DNA of 64,000 nt, taken from Eubacteriales bacterium. GTDB lineage: Bacteria > Bacillota > Clostridia > Oscillospirales > CAG-272. Shown here one piece after another: positions 1-8,336 of the stretch. The stretch is taken from the NCBI GenBank assembly GCA_045577175.1, contig JAZNHT010000037.1:19328-83327 (forward strand), in the 5' to 3' direction. Below the pieces are notes generated by a model. It saw nothing but the letters and a program-made list of their open reading frames with translations, had not been told where the DNA came from and did not search any database. Position numbers and translations under genes: made by a program. How positions within the stretch are numbered: position 1 is the stretch's first letter; each line of letters starts with the position of its first letter.

Positions 1-588
1 TCTTATCAGAATACCAACAAGCTGAAGGAGAGCATGGAGCTCAGCCAGTACTATTCCGTATCTTACGAGATCTGGAAAGAGGAGCTGGTCGAGCACTACA
101 CCACGCTGAACGAGGCGATCGGAGATTTGCAGACCTCGCTGATTGTCGGACATGAGTTCATCTACGGTGAGCGTGTTCCCGATGCAGACGAGCAGGCAGC
201 CGATGAAGAGGCGCTGAGACTTGAGGCTGAGGCAAAAGCTGAGGCTGAAGCGCTCGAAAGAGAAAAGGAAGAGCGTGCGCAGAAATATGAAGAAATGCAC
301 GCAGCCCTCGGCGGTGACGATACCGCAGATGACGGTGACGATACCGCAGTCGAGGATACCGCGTCGGATGACGAGGCTGAAGAGGATGAAGCAGACGAGG
401 AAGAGGACAGTGCTCTCCTCGGTGACTATGTGGCAACGAAGTACACCACGACGCTCGGTTCGATCGTTGTCGTAACCTACGATGCCGGCGTAACCTTCAT
501 TCTGAACTACAACTCCTTCGACGTAACGGTTCAGCATAACGGTCAGACTTACACACTTGCCGCACTCGGATTTGTGCGGATCGACTGA
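1..588 (+). CDS. hypothetical protein, C-terminal fragment (ORF open to the window edge) with an acidic low-complexity linker
   Basis: Frame 1 has no stop between nt 1 and the first Met at 34. A D/E/A-rich tract (EAEAKAEAEALEREKEE...DDGDDTAVEDTASDDEAEEDEADEEED) is followed by a beta-rich tail. The ORF directly precedes two sugar-type ABC permease genes. Confidence 0.5.
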   Translation, partial: SYQNTNKLKESMELSQYYSVSYEIWKEELVEHYTTLNEAIGDLQTSLIVGHEFIYGERVPDADEQAADEEALRLEAEAKAEAEALEREKEERAQKYEEMHAALGGDDTADDGDDTAVEDTASDDEAEEDEADEEEDSALLGDYVATKYTTTLGSIVVVTYDAGVTFILNYNSFDVTVQHNGQTYTLAALGFVRID

Positions 589-605
589 GAAAGGGGAGTG
601 CAGAC

Positions 606-1586
606 ATGAGTACAAAAGTGAAAAACGGCGATCTTCTCGGCGCACCTGCCAAGAAGAAAAAACGCAGTGCCTCCCTTGACGTGCGGAAAGCACGTGCAGG
701 ATGGTGGTTCGTCCTTCCGTTCGTGATCGGCTTTATCATTCTCTACCTGCCGATCATCTTCGACTCCATTAAGTACAGCTTCCATGAAATCCGAATCGTG
801 CGAGGCGGCGGTTACCGCCTCGAATGGGTCGGCTGGAACAACTATTACAACGCACTCTTTACGGATCCCGGCTTTGTGCAGCAGCTCGTCGCCGGTATGA
901 AGCAGCTCATCCTTGACGTGCCCGCAATCGTTATCTTCTCCTTGTTCGTGGCAATCCTTCTGAACGGCAAGATCGCGGGACGTGCGGCATTCCGTGCCAT
1001 CTTCTTTATCCCCGTTCTTCTGACGACCGGTATCGCAGCCGAGATCGACCAGCAGAACATCCTGCAAGAGTATCAGTCTGCGGGCGGTATGGATGACGGT
1101 AGCGGAAGCAGCTCCGTTACGGAGATCGTCTCCGTCATGGACGTACAGTCGCTGTTCTCCAACATGATGGTCGGTAAAGAGCTTGTGCAGTATGTCGTTG
1201 ACCTTGTCAACAACATCTTCAACATCATCAACCGTTCCGGTGTACAGATGCTGATCTTCCTCTCGGGACTTCAGTCCATCTCCCCGGCAATTTACGAGTC
1301 CTGCTCTATCGACGGTGCATCCGGTTGGGAGACCTTCTGGAAGATCACCTTGCCGATGGTCAGCCCGATGATTCTCGTAAACGCAATCTACACGATCATC
1401 GACTCGTTTACGTCGTCGTCCAATAAGGTCATGGCGTACATCAACAACGTATATCAGGGTGCGACCGGTGACGGTAAGGTGCTTTCCTCGGCAATGTCGT
1501 GGATGTACTTCCTCATTGTAATCGCCGCGATCGGTCTGGTAGCCGCACTGCTCAGCGCATTCGTGTTCTACCAGAGAAGAGATTAA
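606..1586 (+). CDS. carbohydrate ABC transporter permease (MalF/UgpA-like)
   Basis: Multi-TM protein with the binding-protein-dependent EAA loop (YESCSIDGASGWETFWKITLPMVSPM). GGAG lies upstream of the ATG. It is followed 17 nt later by a second permease. Confidence 0.85.
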   Translation: MSTKVKNGDLLGAPAKKKKRSASLDVRKARAGWWFVLPFVIGFIILYLPIIFDSIKYSFHEIRIVRGGGYRLEWVGWNNYYNALFTDPGFVQQLVAGMKQLILDVPAIVIFSLFVAILLNGKIAGRAAFRAIFFIPVLLTTGIAAEIDQQNILQEYQSAGGMDDGSGSSSVTEIVSVMDVQSLFSNMMVGKELVQYVVDLVNNIFNIINRSGVQMLIFLSGLQSISPAIYESCSIDGASGWETFWKITLPMVSPMILVNAIYTIIDSFTSSSNKVMAYINNVYQGATGDGKVLSSAMSWMYFLIVIAAIGLVAALLSAFVFYQRRD

Positions 1587-1602
1587 GAAAGGAGGTCGCT
1601 TT

Positions 1603-2655
1603 ATGAATAACGTAGAAACTGCGCCGAAGGTTAAAAAAGAAACCAAAAACAAAATCCGCGTTGAATTTGAGCGTACCCCCCTTCTTGAGAGACTGAGAGC
1701 GAAATTCGTAAACCTCTACTTCTTCCAGAAGGTAGCTGTTTACCTCTTCAAATTCATCTTCCTCCTCGGTATCTCGTTCGTTATCCTGTTCCCGTTCTAT
1801 TCGAAGATTTCCTCCTCCTTTATGAGTCCGGAGGACTTCGTGGACGTCACGGTCGTAATGATTCCGCGTCATGCAACGCTCTCGACGTACAGAGCCATCA
1901 TCCTCGATAACAACTATTGGGGCGCGTTCGTCAATACGCTGCTTCTGTCCCTCGCATGTGCCGTGCTCCAGACGTTCATCTGCTGTCTGATCGGCTACGG
2001 CTTTGCGAAGTTCAAGTTCAAGTTTAACGGACTGCTCTTCCTTCTTGTCATCTTTACGATGGTCGTGCCGCACTCCACATTGCAGCTCTCCATGTACATG
2101 AAGTTTAGATATTTCGATATTTTCGGAATCTTCAACCTGCTGGGCGGCGGTGTCACGGAAGCGATCAATGTGATGAAAGAGCCGAATCTGAACCTTCTGA
2201 ATACGTTCTGGCCGTTGGTTTTGCTCTCGGCAACAGGTCTCGGCTTCAAAAACGGTCTGTACATCTTCATGCTCCGCCAGTACTTCAAAGGCGTGCCGGA
2301 TGAGCTTGAGGAGTCCGCCTACCTCGACGGATACGGCGTATTCAAGACGTTCATGCTCATCATCCTGCCTTTGTCCGTTCCGATGCTGGTCACCGTATTT
2401 ATGTTCGCGTTCTCCTGGCAGTGGACGGATACGTTCTACACCAGAGCGTTCTTCTCCCAGAGCGGTCCGACGCTTATGCCGAGCATCGTTAAGGTGCCGC
2501 GTTCGCTGGACACCTCCTACGCAGGCGAGAACATGTACGTTGCGGCAATCCGCAATACCTGCGGTATCCTGATTCTTCTGCCGTTGGTGATTCTCTACAC
2601 GTTTTTGCAGAGATACATCATCCAGGGTATCGAGCGCTCCGGTATCACCGGCTGA
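1603..2655 (+). CDS. carbohydrate ABC transporter permease (MalG/UgpE-like, long N-terminus)
   Basis: EAA loop ESAYLDGYGVFKTFMLIILPLSVPML. RBS AGGAGG lies 8 nt upstream. A terminator follows the gene. Confidence 0.85.
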   Translation: MNNVETAPKVKKETKNKIRVEFERTPLLERLRAKFVNLYFFQKVAVYLFKFIFLLGISFVILFPFYSKISSSFMSPEDFVDVTVVMIPRHATLSTYRAIILDNNYWGAFVNTLLLSLACAVLQTFICCLIGYGFAKFKFKFNGLLFLLVIFTMVVPHSTLQLSMYMKFRYFDIFGIFNLLGGGVTEAINVMKEPNLNLLNTFWPLVLLSATGLGFKNGLYIFMLRQYFKGVPDELEESAYLDGYGVFKTFMLIILPLSVPMLVTVFMFAFSWQWTDTFYTRAFFSQSGPTLMPSIVKVPRSLDTSYAGENMYVAAIRNTCGILILLPLVILYTFLQRYIIQGIERSGITG

Positions 2656-2662
2656 TTTTCAC

Positions 2663-2691
2663 AAAAAAGCACCCCTTGGGGTGCTTTTTTG
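2663..2691 (+). terminator. intrinsic terminator after the permease operon
   Basis: aaaaaaGCACCCCttGGGGTGCtttttt: a GC stem followed by a T-run. Confidence 0.8.
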
Positions 2692-2717
2692 CGTTTTGTT
2701 TGCAAATATGATATAAT
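2689..2717 (+). promoter_or_regulatory. sigma-A-type promoter with extended -10 upstream of the ECF sigma gene
   Basis: -35 TTGCGT (2689-2694), 17-nt spacer, TGaTATAAT (2709-2717). Confidence 0.5.
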
Positions 2718-2782
2718 AAAATGATTTCGGGCGAAAAAAACGCCGCGCTCACCCGTCATAGGGAGTGAAAGGAGGTGGAGAC

Positions 2783-3286
2783 ATGAACGTTACGGATTTG
2801 AACGCATGTATGGATCGCGTGCGTGCGGGCGATAAGGAAGCCTTTTCCTGCCTGTATGATGAGCTGAGCCGTCCCGTGTACACGGTTGCGAGGCGCATTG
2901 TGCAGTCGCGGGAGATCGCTGAGGACATCACGCAGGAGGTGTTTGTCAGACTGTACGTCTCGCCGCCTCCGCCTTCGATCGAAAATCCGCGGGCGTGGAT
3001 CTTCCGGATGGCGCGCAATCTGGCGATCGATGCATGGCGGAAAAAGCAAAGTGCGGATATTGAGGATATAGAGCTGACGGCGGCGGATCATGCCGATTCG
3101 GTCGCGCTTCGGTTGGATACGGAGGCGGCAATCGGACGTCTTACGGCAGTGGAGAGACAGATTCTGTCACTGCACATTGACGGCGAGATGCCGTTTCGGG
3201 AGATCGCGCCCATCGTGGGGCTGACGCTGCCGGCAGTATACCGACGGTACCGCAAAGCAATCCAAACATTACAAAAGCTGCTGTGA
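2783..3286 (+). CDS. RNA polymerase sigma-70 family ECF sigma factor
   Basis: Region 2 (EAFSCLYDELSRPVYTVARRIVQSREIAEDITQEVFVRLY) and a region 4 HTH (MPFREIAPIVGLTLPAVYRRYRKA). I prefer the ATG at 2783 behind AAAGGAGGTGGAG over the GTG at 2765 used in the track. Confidence 0.85.
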   Translation: MNVTDLNACMDRVRAGDKEAFSCLYDELSRPVYTVARRIVQSREIAEDITQEVFVRLYVSPPPPSIENPRAWIFRMARNLAIDAWRKKQSADIEDIELTAADHADSVALRLDTEAAIGRLTAVERQILSLHIDGEMPFREIAPIVGLTLPAVYRRYRKAIQTLQKLL

Positions 3287-3297
3287 CGGAGGTTTTT

Positions 3298-4074
3298 ATG
3301 AGGAAAATTGTGTGTATTCTTTTGTTTTTGCTCATCAGCGTATGTTCGGTGACGGCGTTTGCAGAGGAAGCCGTGTTTGAAACCGCAGGCGATCTGTATC
3401 AGTATTGGGAGGAGAACGACGCCTATCCCGATTACGTCAGCGGCGTCTGGTCAACGGACGGCGGTATCACGAATCTGACGATCGGCGTTCTGGATACGGA
3501 GGAGGGAAACGCCGGTAAGGCGAAAATCCTTGCGCTCGTGAAAAACAACGCGACCGTGACGTTCGCATACGGTGCGCGGAGTTACAATGAACTCACCGAC
3601 GTGATGGATCGCCTTATGCCGTATTTCGAGCAGGATCGCGGGCTCGTTTCCGGCGGTGTGGATGTCATGACGGGCACGGTCAGACTCGGCATCCATGAGG
3701 AGCGTAAGGATGATCCCGAAACAATCGCCATGCTGGAGGAGATGCGGCAGACGTTTGGTGACGTGTTCACCGTGGAGTATACGGGATTGGTGTATACCTT
3801 GGTGGATACAGAGGTGGCTGTCGATGCAGTCACGTATACCGATCCGCGCGTGTTTTTCGCGGTCGCCGCGGCGGTCGTGCTTCTTGCGGCACTCACAACC
3901 GCGCTCGTTTTGAAAAAGCGGCAGATGGCTGTAGTGCAAACGAGCACAGGTGAGACGGTCGAAGCGGATGCGCGCCTTACCAAAAGCGAGGTCGAGTACG
4001 CTGTCAAAAATGATGCCGAGGCACCGTCCGATGCGCTGAAGCAGCGCGTTCTGGACAAAATCGAAAAAGCATAA
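3298..4074 (+). CDS. secreted, C-terminally membrane-anchored protein co-transcribed with the ECF sigma (function unknown)
   Basis: The ATG lies 5 nt after GGAGG and 12 nt after the sigma stop. Signal peptide MRKIVCILLFLLISVCSVTAFA. One TM helix (VFFAVAAAVVLLAALTTALVL-KKR) is followed by a ~53-aa charged tail. Confidence 0.7.
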   Translation: MRKIVCILLFLLISVCSVTAFAEEAVFETAGDLYQYWEENDAYPDYVSGVWSTDGGITNLTIGVLDTEEGNAGKAKILALVKNNATVTFAYGARSYNELTDVMDRLMPYFEQDRGLVSGGVDVMTGTVRLGIHEERKDDPETIAMLEEMRQTFGDVFTVEYTGLVYTLVDTEVAVDAVTYTDPRVFFAVAAAVVLLAALTTALVLKKRQMAVVQTSTGETVEADARLTKSEVEYAVKNDAEAPSDALKQRVLDKIEKA

Positions 4075-4080
4075 CAAAAA

Positions 4081-4110
4081 AGGGAGAGACGTCTGTCTCT
4101 CCCTTGATTT
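4081..4110 (+). terminator. intrinsic terminator of the ECF sigma operon
   Basis: AGGGAGAGAC-gtct-GTCTCTCCCT followed by tgattt. Confidence 0.7.
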
Positions 4111-4123
4111 ATTGGTCTAATGA

Positions 4124-4395
4124 AAACCACCAGCTAAGCTGGTGGTTCCAAAGAGGCTTTTGCCGTTGAGAAAACCCGCCGCAGCGGTAGGCTCCCCTGT
4201 GTAAGGGGAGCTGTCAGCGAAGCTGACTGAGAGGTTGTTTGAGAGTGTTTTTTTATAATCCCTTTGTCACAGCAAAGTAGCCACATCTGTGGCGGTAGGG
4301 CGAGTTTGCAAGTGTCAAATGTTTCAGAGGGCTTTCATCCCTGCCGGTAACAGGTCCTTATAGGGCTGAGCAAACCACCGGCTTAGCCAGTGGTT
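4124..4395. repeat. hairpin-dense noncoding element bounded by two near-identical palindromic 24-mers (MITE/REP-like, or a structured RNA)
   Basis: AAACCACCAGCTAAGCTGGTGGTT (4124-4147) and AAACCACCGGCTTAGCCAGTGGTT (4372-4395) are 20/24 identical. Internal hairpins lie at 4191-4211, 4213-4227 and 4280-4293. No credible ORF. Confidence 0.5.
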
Positions 4396-4399
4396 ATGA

Positions 4400-5386
4400 T
4401 TATTTGCGGTTGTTCGGTGTCGGCGTCTGTGTGTAATACGGATCGATCATGATTTCCTTGATTTTCGGATAGGCGGCAAATGCACAGCCGAATGCGCCGA
4501 ATGAAAACAGGAGAATCAAAGGCAGAATCACCCCGAGCGGTGCAAACACCACAAGGAGAATATATTCAGCAGCAACGAGAAGAACAATCCACAAAAGTGC
4601 CATAATGTTTCGCTTTATGCCGAGGATTGAGAAAAACAGAGCGTTTTTCAACAGCTTTGTAATGGAGAGATCGAACGTGACCATCATAAGGTAGATGTAC
4701 ATGCGCATCATTGTGTACACGATAATCATAGCGAACGTCAAAAAGAACAGAATGTATATGAACGTGCTTCCGCTTGCAAGATTCAGGTAGAAATAAAGGA
4801 AATCATATCCCAGAAGTGCCATGATGATGAGATCGATTACACCGAAAATCAAGCCTTGGCGGAGATTTTTCTTGATTGCGTACCAAAAATCGGACATGAG
4901 GAACATTCCCTCCTCCCGAACCATGGTGCGCAGAAGGTACGTTGTGCCGACGTTCACAGGTCCGAATGTCACAAGGAGAAGCGCGGTCAAGCCGTAAAGG
5001 AGATTCGTAAACACAGTGGGGACGGTAACGCTGATGTGCGTGCCGAATATGCCCATGAGCGACGCGATGACGGGAGAGGGATCGAAGTACGAGGCACCGA
5101 GAAGAGGCGCGTACTGCTGATAGTACGGTGCGCTCGTCGTGTCGGACACGTATCCGCTCAGTGCGAGCAGGAAAAAGAAAATCGGGAAGTTTCCGAAAAC
5201 GTACAGGAGATTCACACTGAGAAGCGTGTTGATCTTGCGCCGGAGCAGTTTAAAAAAGTTTGAAACTGTAGGCTTGTCAAGTGCTTTCGGCTCATCGGGG
5301 GAGACGCCCTCTCTTTCCTTTTGTACACGGTCAAACCAAGTTTGTTTCTTTTTCTTTTCTTCATTTTCGTGCTGATAGTTATTCAT
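4400..5386 (-). CDS. YesL/DUF624-like integral membrane protein with a Lys/Glu-rich N-terminus
   Basis: Six or more hydrophobic helices follow a charged N-terminus. The segment FFKLLRRKINTLLSVNLLYVFGNFPIFFFLLAL resembles the DUF624 N-terminal core. The family call is from memory only. Confidence 0.55.
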   Translation of the reverse strand: MNNYQHENEEKKKKQTWFDRVQKEREGVSPDEPKALDKPTVSNFFKLLRRKINTLLSVNLLYVFGNFPIFFFLLALSGYVSDTTSAPYYQQYAPLLGASYFDPSPVIASLMGIFGTHISVTVPTVFTNLLYGLTALLLVTFGPVNVGTTYLLRTMVREEGMFLMSDFWYAIKKNLRQGLIFGVIDLIIMALLGYDFLYFYLNLASGSTFIYILFFLTFAMIIVYTMMRMYIYLMMVTFDLSITKLLKNALFFSILGIKRNIMALLWIVLLVAAEYILLVVFAPLGVILPLILLFSFGAFGCAFAAYPKIKEIMIDPYYTQTPTPNNRK

Positions 5387-5422
5387 TTACACGTCTGCAC
5401 AAAAGTGCATCCTTTCGGGAAT

Positions 5423-5965
5423 TTATATGGGGATTGTTGCAAGCAACGCCGCTGCCGCAAATAAAAGGGACGCCGCACCTGCCGCGATTGTCGTAGAGAG
5501 GATCGCCTCCGAGCGCGATCGTAAGCCTGTATCTGTGCGAAGATTTCGTGTGAAAATCAAGTACAGCAAAGTTCCTGCCATATGTACCAGAGGAAGATAC
5601 AGACACAGTGAAACAGAGGATGTCCGAAGTGTGATGAACAAAGCCGCACCGAGCGCAACACCCCGAATGAGAAAATACGAAAACGAAAGCAGCTTTTCAA
5701 ATCGGGAGTACGAGATAATGAGCAAAATCACAGCCTCAATAAGAAAAGGACGGCAAAGAAGTGCGCTTCGGCACAAAAATTCAAGGGGAAAATGGCAGTC
5801 GCTGTACAAATTGGAGAAGGAAAACGAAAAAGCATACGTGCCGTCAAAGGTACAGAACGCCCATCCGTATCCGATCAAAGCGGCGCAGGCTGAAACGGAA
5901 AGCATCGCCAAAAAATAGGCGGTATCTTTTCCGAGACGGGAACGGGCTGATGTGGACTCTGTCAC
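5423..5965 (-). CDS. hypothetical polytopic membrane protein
   Basis: GTG start 7 nt after GGAGGTG. It has 5-6 hydrophobic segments. The opposite-strand ORF (5427-5918) is R/K-rich junk typical of the antisense of a membrane gene. Confidence 0.6.
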   Translation of the reverse strand: MTESTSARSRLGKDTAYFLAMLSVSACAALIGYGWAFCTFDGTYAFSFSFSNLYSDCHFPLEFLCRSALLCRPFLIEAVILLIISYSRFEKLLSFSYFLIRGVALGAALFITLRTSSVSLCLYLPLVHMAGTLLYLIFTRNLRTDTGLRSRSEAILSTTIAAGAASLLFAAAALLATIPI

Positions 5966-6023
5966 AAAAACACCTCCGCAGATGATTTGAGACAGTATAT
6001 GCGGACGTGCTGTCCTCTATGCC

Positions 6024-6842
6024 TTACTTCCCTGCCAGCTCATCCGCGCGGCGGCGGCAGGCATCCATCGCGGCAGGGATCAAGGAGTCGAGACCACGTT
6101 CTGTAAAGACCTTCATCGCCTCGGCGGTCGTGCCTCCCGGAGAGGTAACGGCTCTTTCAAGCGTTTGCGGATCGAAATCCGTTTTCATAAGAAGCTCAGC
6201 GGTGCCGACGGCACTGCGGCAAATCATTTCAAGCGTCTGTGCGTCGGACGGAAAACCGTTCTCGCACGCCCACGCATACATATCCCCGATAAAACGGGCG
6301 AAATAGGCAATAGAGCTGGATGTCAGGGCGGTGACGGGATTGATTTGCGTCTCGGGCAGTTCAACAGCCATGCCGGATGCAGAGAAAATACGAAACGCGA
6401 GCGCGAAATCCTCCGATGAAACGTCGGAAACGTTTGTATCGCGGCAAAGTGCCGTGACACCCTGCCCTACAAGCAAGGGGGTATTGGGCATCGCGCGGAC
6501 GACTGATGCTTCGGGGAACTTTCCTGCGATTCGGGAAATCGGCACACCTGCGGCGATGGAGAGCACAAGTTTTCCTGCCGTATACGGAGCAATCTCGTCC
6601 ATGACAGCGTCAATCTGCTGTGGCTTGACAGCAAGAAGAATGCAGTCTGTACGCTGTGCCGCCTCGGTCAAAGAGGGCGTGTATGTGCATCCGCGCGCGA
6701 TAAACGGATCGCATTTTTCTTGGAAGGAGTCACACAGCGTGATCGCTTCGGGAGAAAAGACGCCGCTTTCGAGAATGCCCCCGAGGATTGCGCCGCCCAT
6801 ATTTCCGACACCGATAAACGCGATTGAAGTACGAATTGCCAT
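6024..6842 (-). CDS. proC: pyrroline-5-carboxylate reductase
   Basis: N-terminal Rossmann motif IAFIGVGNMGGAI, MPNTP, and the C-terminal TSPGGTTAEA motif. The start is set at the internal ATG (MAIRTS) behind GGTGAGG; the 38 upstream codons in the track look noncoding. Confidence 0.9.
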   Translation of the reverse strand: MAIRTSIAFIGVGNMGGAILGGILESGVFSPEAITLCDSFQEKCDPFIARGCTYTPSLTEAAQRTDCILLAVKPQQIDAVMDEIAPYTAGKLVLSIAAGVPISRIAGKFPEASVVRAMPNTPLLVGQGVTALCRDTNVSDVSSEDFALAFRIFSASGMAVELPETQINPVTALTSSSIAYFARFIGDMYAWACENGFPSDAQTLEMICRSAVGTAELLMKTDFDPQTLERAVTSPGGTTAEAMKVFTERGLDSLIPAAMDACRRRADELAGK

Positions 6843-7013
6843 AAAAGCCTCACCGATTACATAGAATACTGTATTATACCATTTTTTTTGCCTTATTTCA
6901 ATATAAATTGAATACGCAATTGTAAAATATCTATATACAATTTCTGCAAATCCCATTGCATTTTTCTCTTAGACGGGGTATAATGAGTATACTTTGCGAA
7001 AGGAGGCGTTGAA

Positions 7014-7595
7014 ATGACGAAGGAAATTGTAGCGCGTTTTTTTCGGGATCCGCCGCAACTCCTCACACCGCGCCTCCTTCTCAGGCGACTTGAGAAGAAG
7101 GATTATGCGGACATGTACGACTATTCCCGCGACAGCGAAGTGACAAAATATCTGACATGGGAGCCGCACCCCGATCCGCATTATACGATGCGGTATCTCT
7201 CTTTTATCATTCCGAAATACAGAAGCGGTGAGTTTCACGACTGGGCCGTGATTCATCGGGCAAGCGAGAAAATGATCGGCACCTGCGGCTTTACATCCTT
7301 TAACTATATGCATAACAGTGGCGAGATCGGATATGTACTGCACCGCGATTATTGGGGACGCGGCCTTGCCGCGGAGGCAATCCGCGCCGTTATGCGTGTC
7401 GGCTTTTTCGATCTGAATCTGCATCGGATCGAAGCCAAATACATGATCGGAAACGAGAGAAGCCGCCGCGTCATGGAAAAGTGCGGTATGCAGTTTGAGG
7501 GTATCCAGCGCGACGCGATGTATATCAAAAACCGATACGAGACCATAGGTATCTGTTCAATTCTTTCTGCCGATTATATTGCACTTGCAAACTAA
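7014..7595 (+). CDS. GNAT family N-acetyltransferase (RimJ/RimL-like)
   Basis: Acetyl-CoA motif YWGRGLAAEAI and the HRIEAKYMIGNERSRRVMEKCGMQFEG tail. RBS AAAGGAGG. Confidence 0.85.
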   Translation: MTKEIVARFFRDPPQLLTPRLLLRRLEKKDYADMYDYSRDSEVTKYLTWEPHPDPHYTMRYLSFIIPKYRSGEFHDWAVIHRASEKMIGTCGFTSFNYMHNSGEIGYVLHRDYWGRGLAAEAIRAVMRVGFFDLNLHRIEAKYMIGNERSRRVMEKCGMQFEGIQRDAMYIKNRYETIGICSILSADYIALAN

Positions 7596-7622
7596 AAAGC
7601 ACTTCCGAGGAAGTGCTTTTTG
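7595..7622. terminator. bidirectional intrinsic terminator between convergent genes
   Basis: aaaaaGCACTTCCgaGGAAGTGCttttt. Confidence 0.8.
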
Positions 7623-8315
7623 CTATTTTGAGTGAATCAGCTCCGAGACGGTCACAAATTCATACCCCTCGCTCAGAAGATCCGGCAGGATGCGTCTGAG
7701 TGCGTCGGGCGTTGGTGTAGAGCCGCCTCCGATAAAATCGTGACACAGGATAATATCGCCGCTTTTGATGTTCGTTTCCACCTTTTCAACAATGGCATCC
7801 ACGCTCGGATGTGACCAATCAAGCGTATCGATCGTCCAAAGGATCACCTCATAATCAAGCGCGTGCGCCGTATCGCAGACCGATTGATTATAGAGTCCGC
7901 CCGGTGGGCGGAGAAGTTTTGTGCGGAGATCGGTCAGTTCAAGAATCGTTTCCTCGGCGGCAAGGATCTGCTGCTTGACCGTTTCCGGTCGCACCGTTTG
8001 CAGATTTGCGTGCAGATACGTGTGGTTGCCGATCTCGTGCCCTTCCTGCAAAATTCGATCCAGAAGCTCCGGATAACGCTGCGCATTTTCTCCGATGATA
8101 AAAAATGTTGCATGCGCGCCGTACTGCGCGAGAATGTCTAAAATGATCGGTGTATAACGCGGATGCGGTCCGTCGTCGAACGTGATTGCGATTTTTTGCT
8201 TGTCGTTTTCGTGTGAGGAGTATACGCTTTTTCCTTCCGTTTCGGCGTGCACGGGCACGGACGCAGAACGTAAGAGCAGGCTGATTAAGCAAATATACAG
8301 TAGTATTCGGCGCAT
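7623..8315 (-). CDS. polysaccharide deacetylase family protein (NodB homology, PgdA-like), secreted
   Basis: TFDDGP, HEIGNHTYLH and LLRPPGG motifs, plus an N-terminal signal peptide. Confidence 0.85.
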   Translation of the reverse strand: MRRILLYICLISLLLRSASVPVHAETEGKSVYSSHENDKQKIAITFDDGPHPRYTPIILDILAQYGAHATFFIIGENAQRYPELLDRILQEGHEIGNHTYLHANLQTVRPETVKQQILAAEETILELTDLRTKLLRPPGGLYNQSVCDTAHALDYEVILWTIDTLDWSHPSVDAIVEKVETNIKSGDIILCHDFIGGGSTPTPDALRRILPDLLSEGYEFVTVSELIHSK

Positions 8316-8336
8316 CTGCGTCCTATCCTTTCTTCG

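Noticed and set aside
2718-2782. ECF-type autoregulatory promoter (AAC ... CGT) upstream of the sigma gene
   Set aside because: AAAAAAC and CGTC words are present but are separated by only 12 nt, against the ~16-17 nt expected, so I do not call it.
4111-4399. tRNA, tmRNA, RNase P, SRP or 6S RNA in the 290-nt gap
   Set aside because: There is no cloverleaf with T-loop GTTCRA and acceptor pairing, no tmRNA tag ORF, and no RNase P or SRP conserved cores that I recognise. I kept it as an unclassified repeat or structured element instead.
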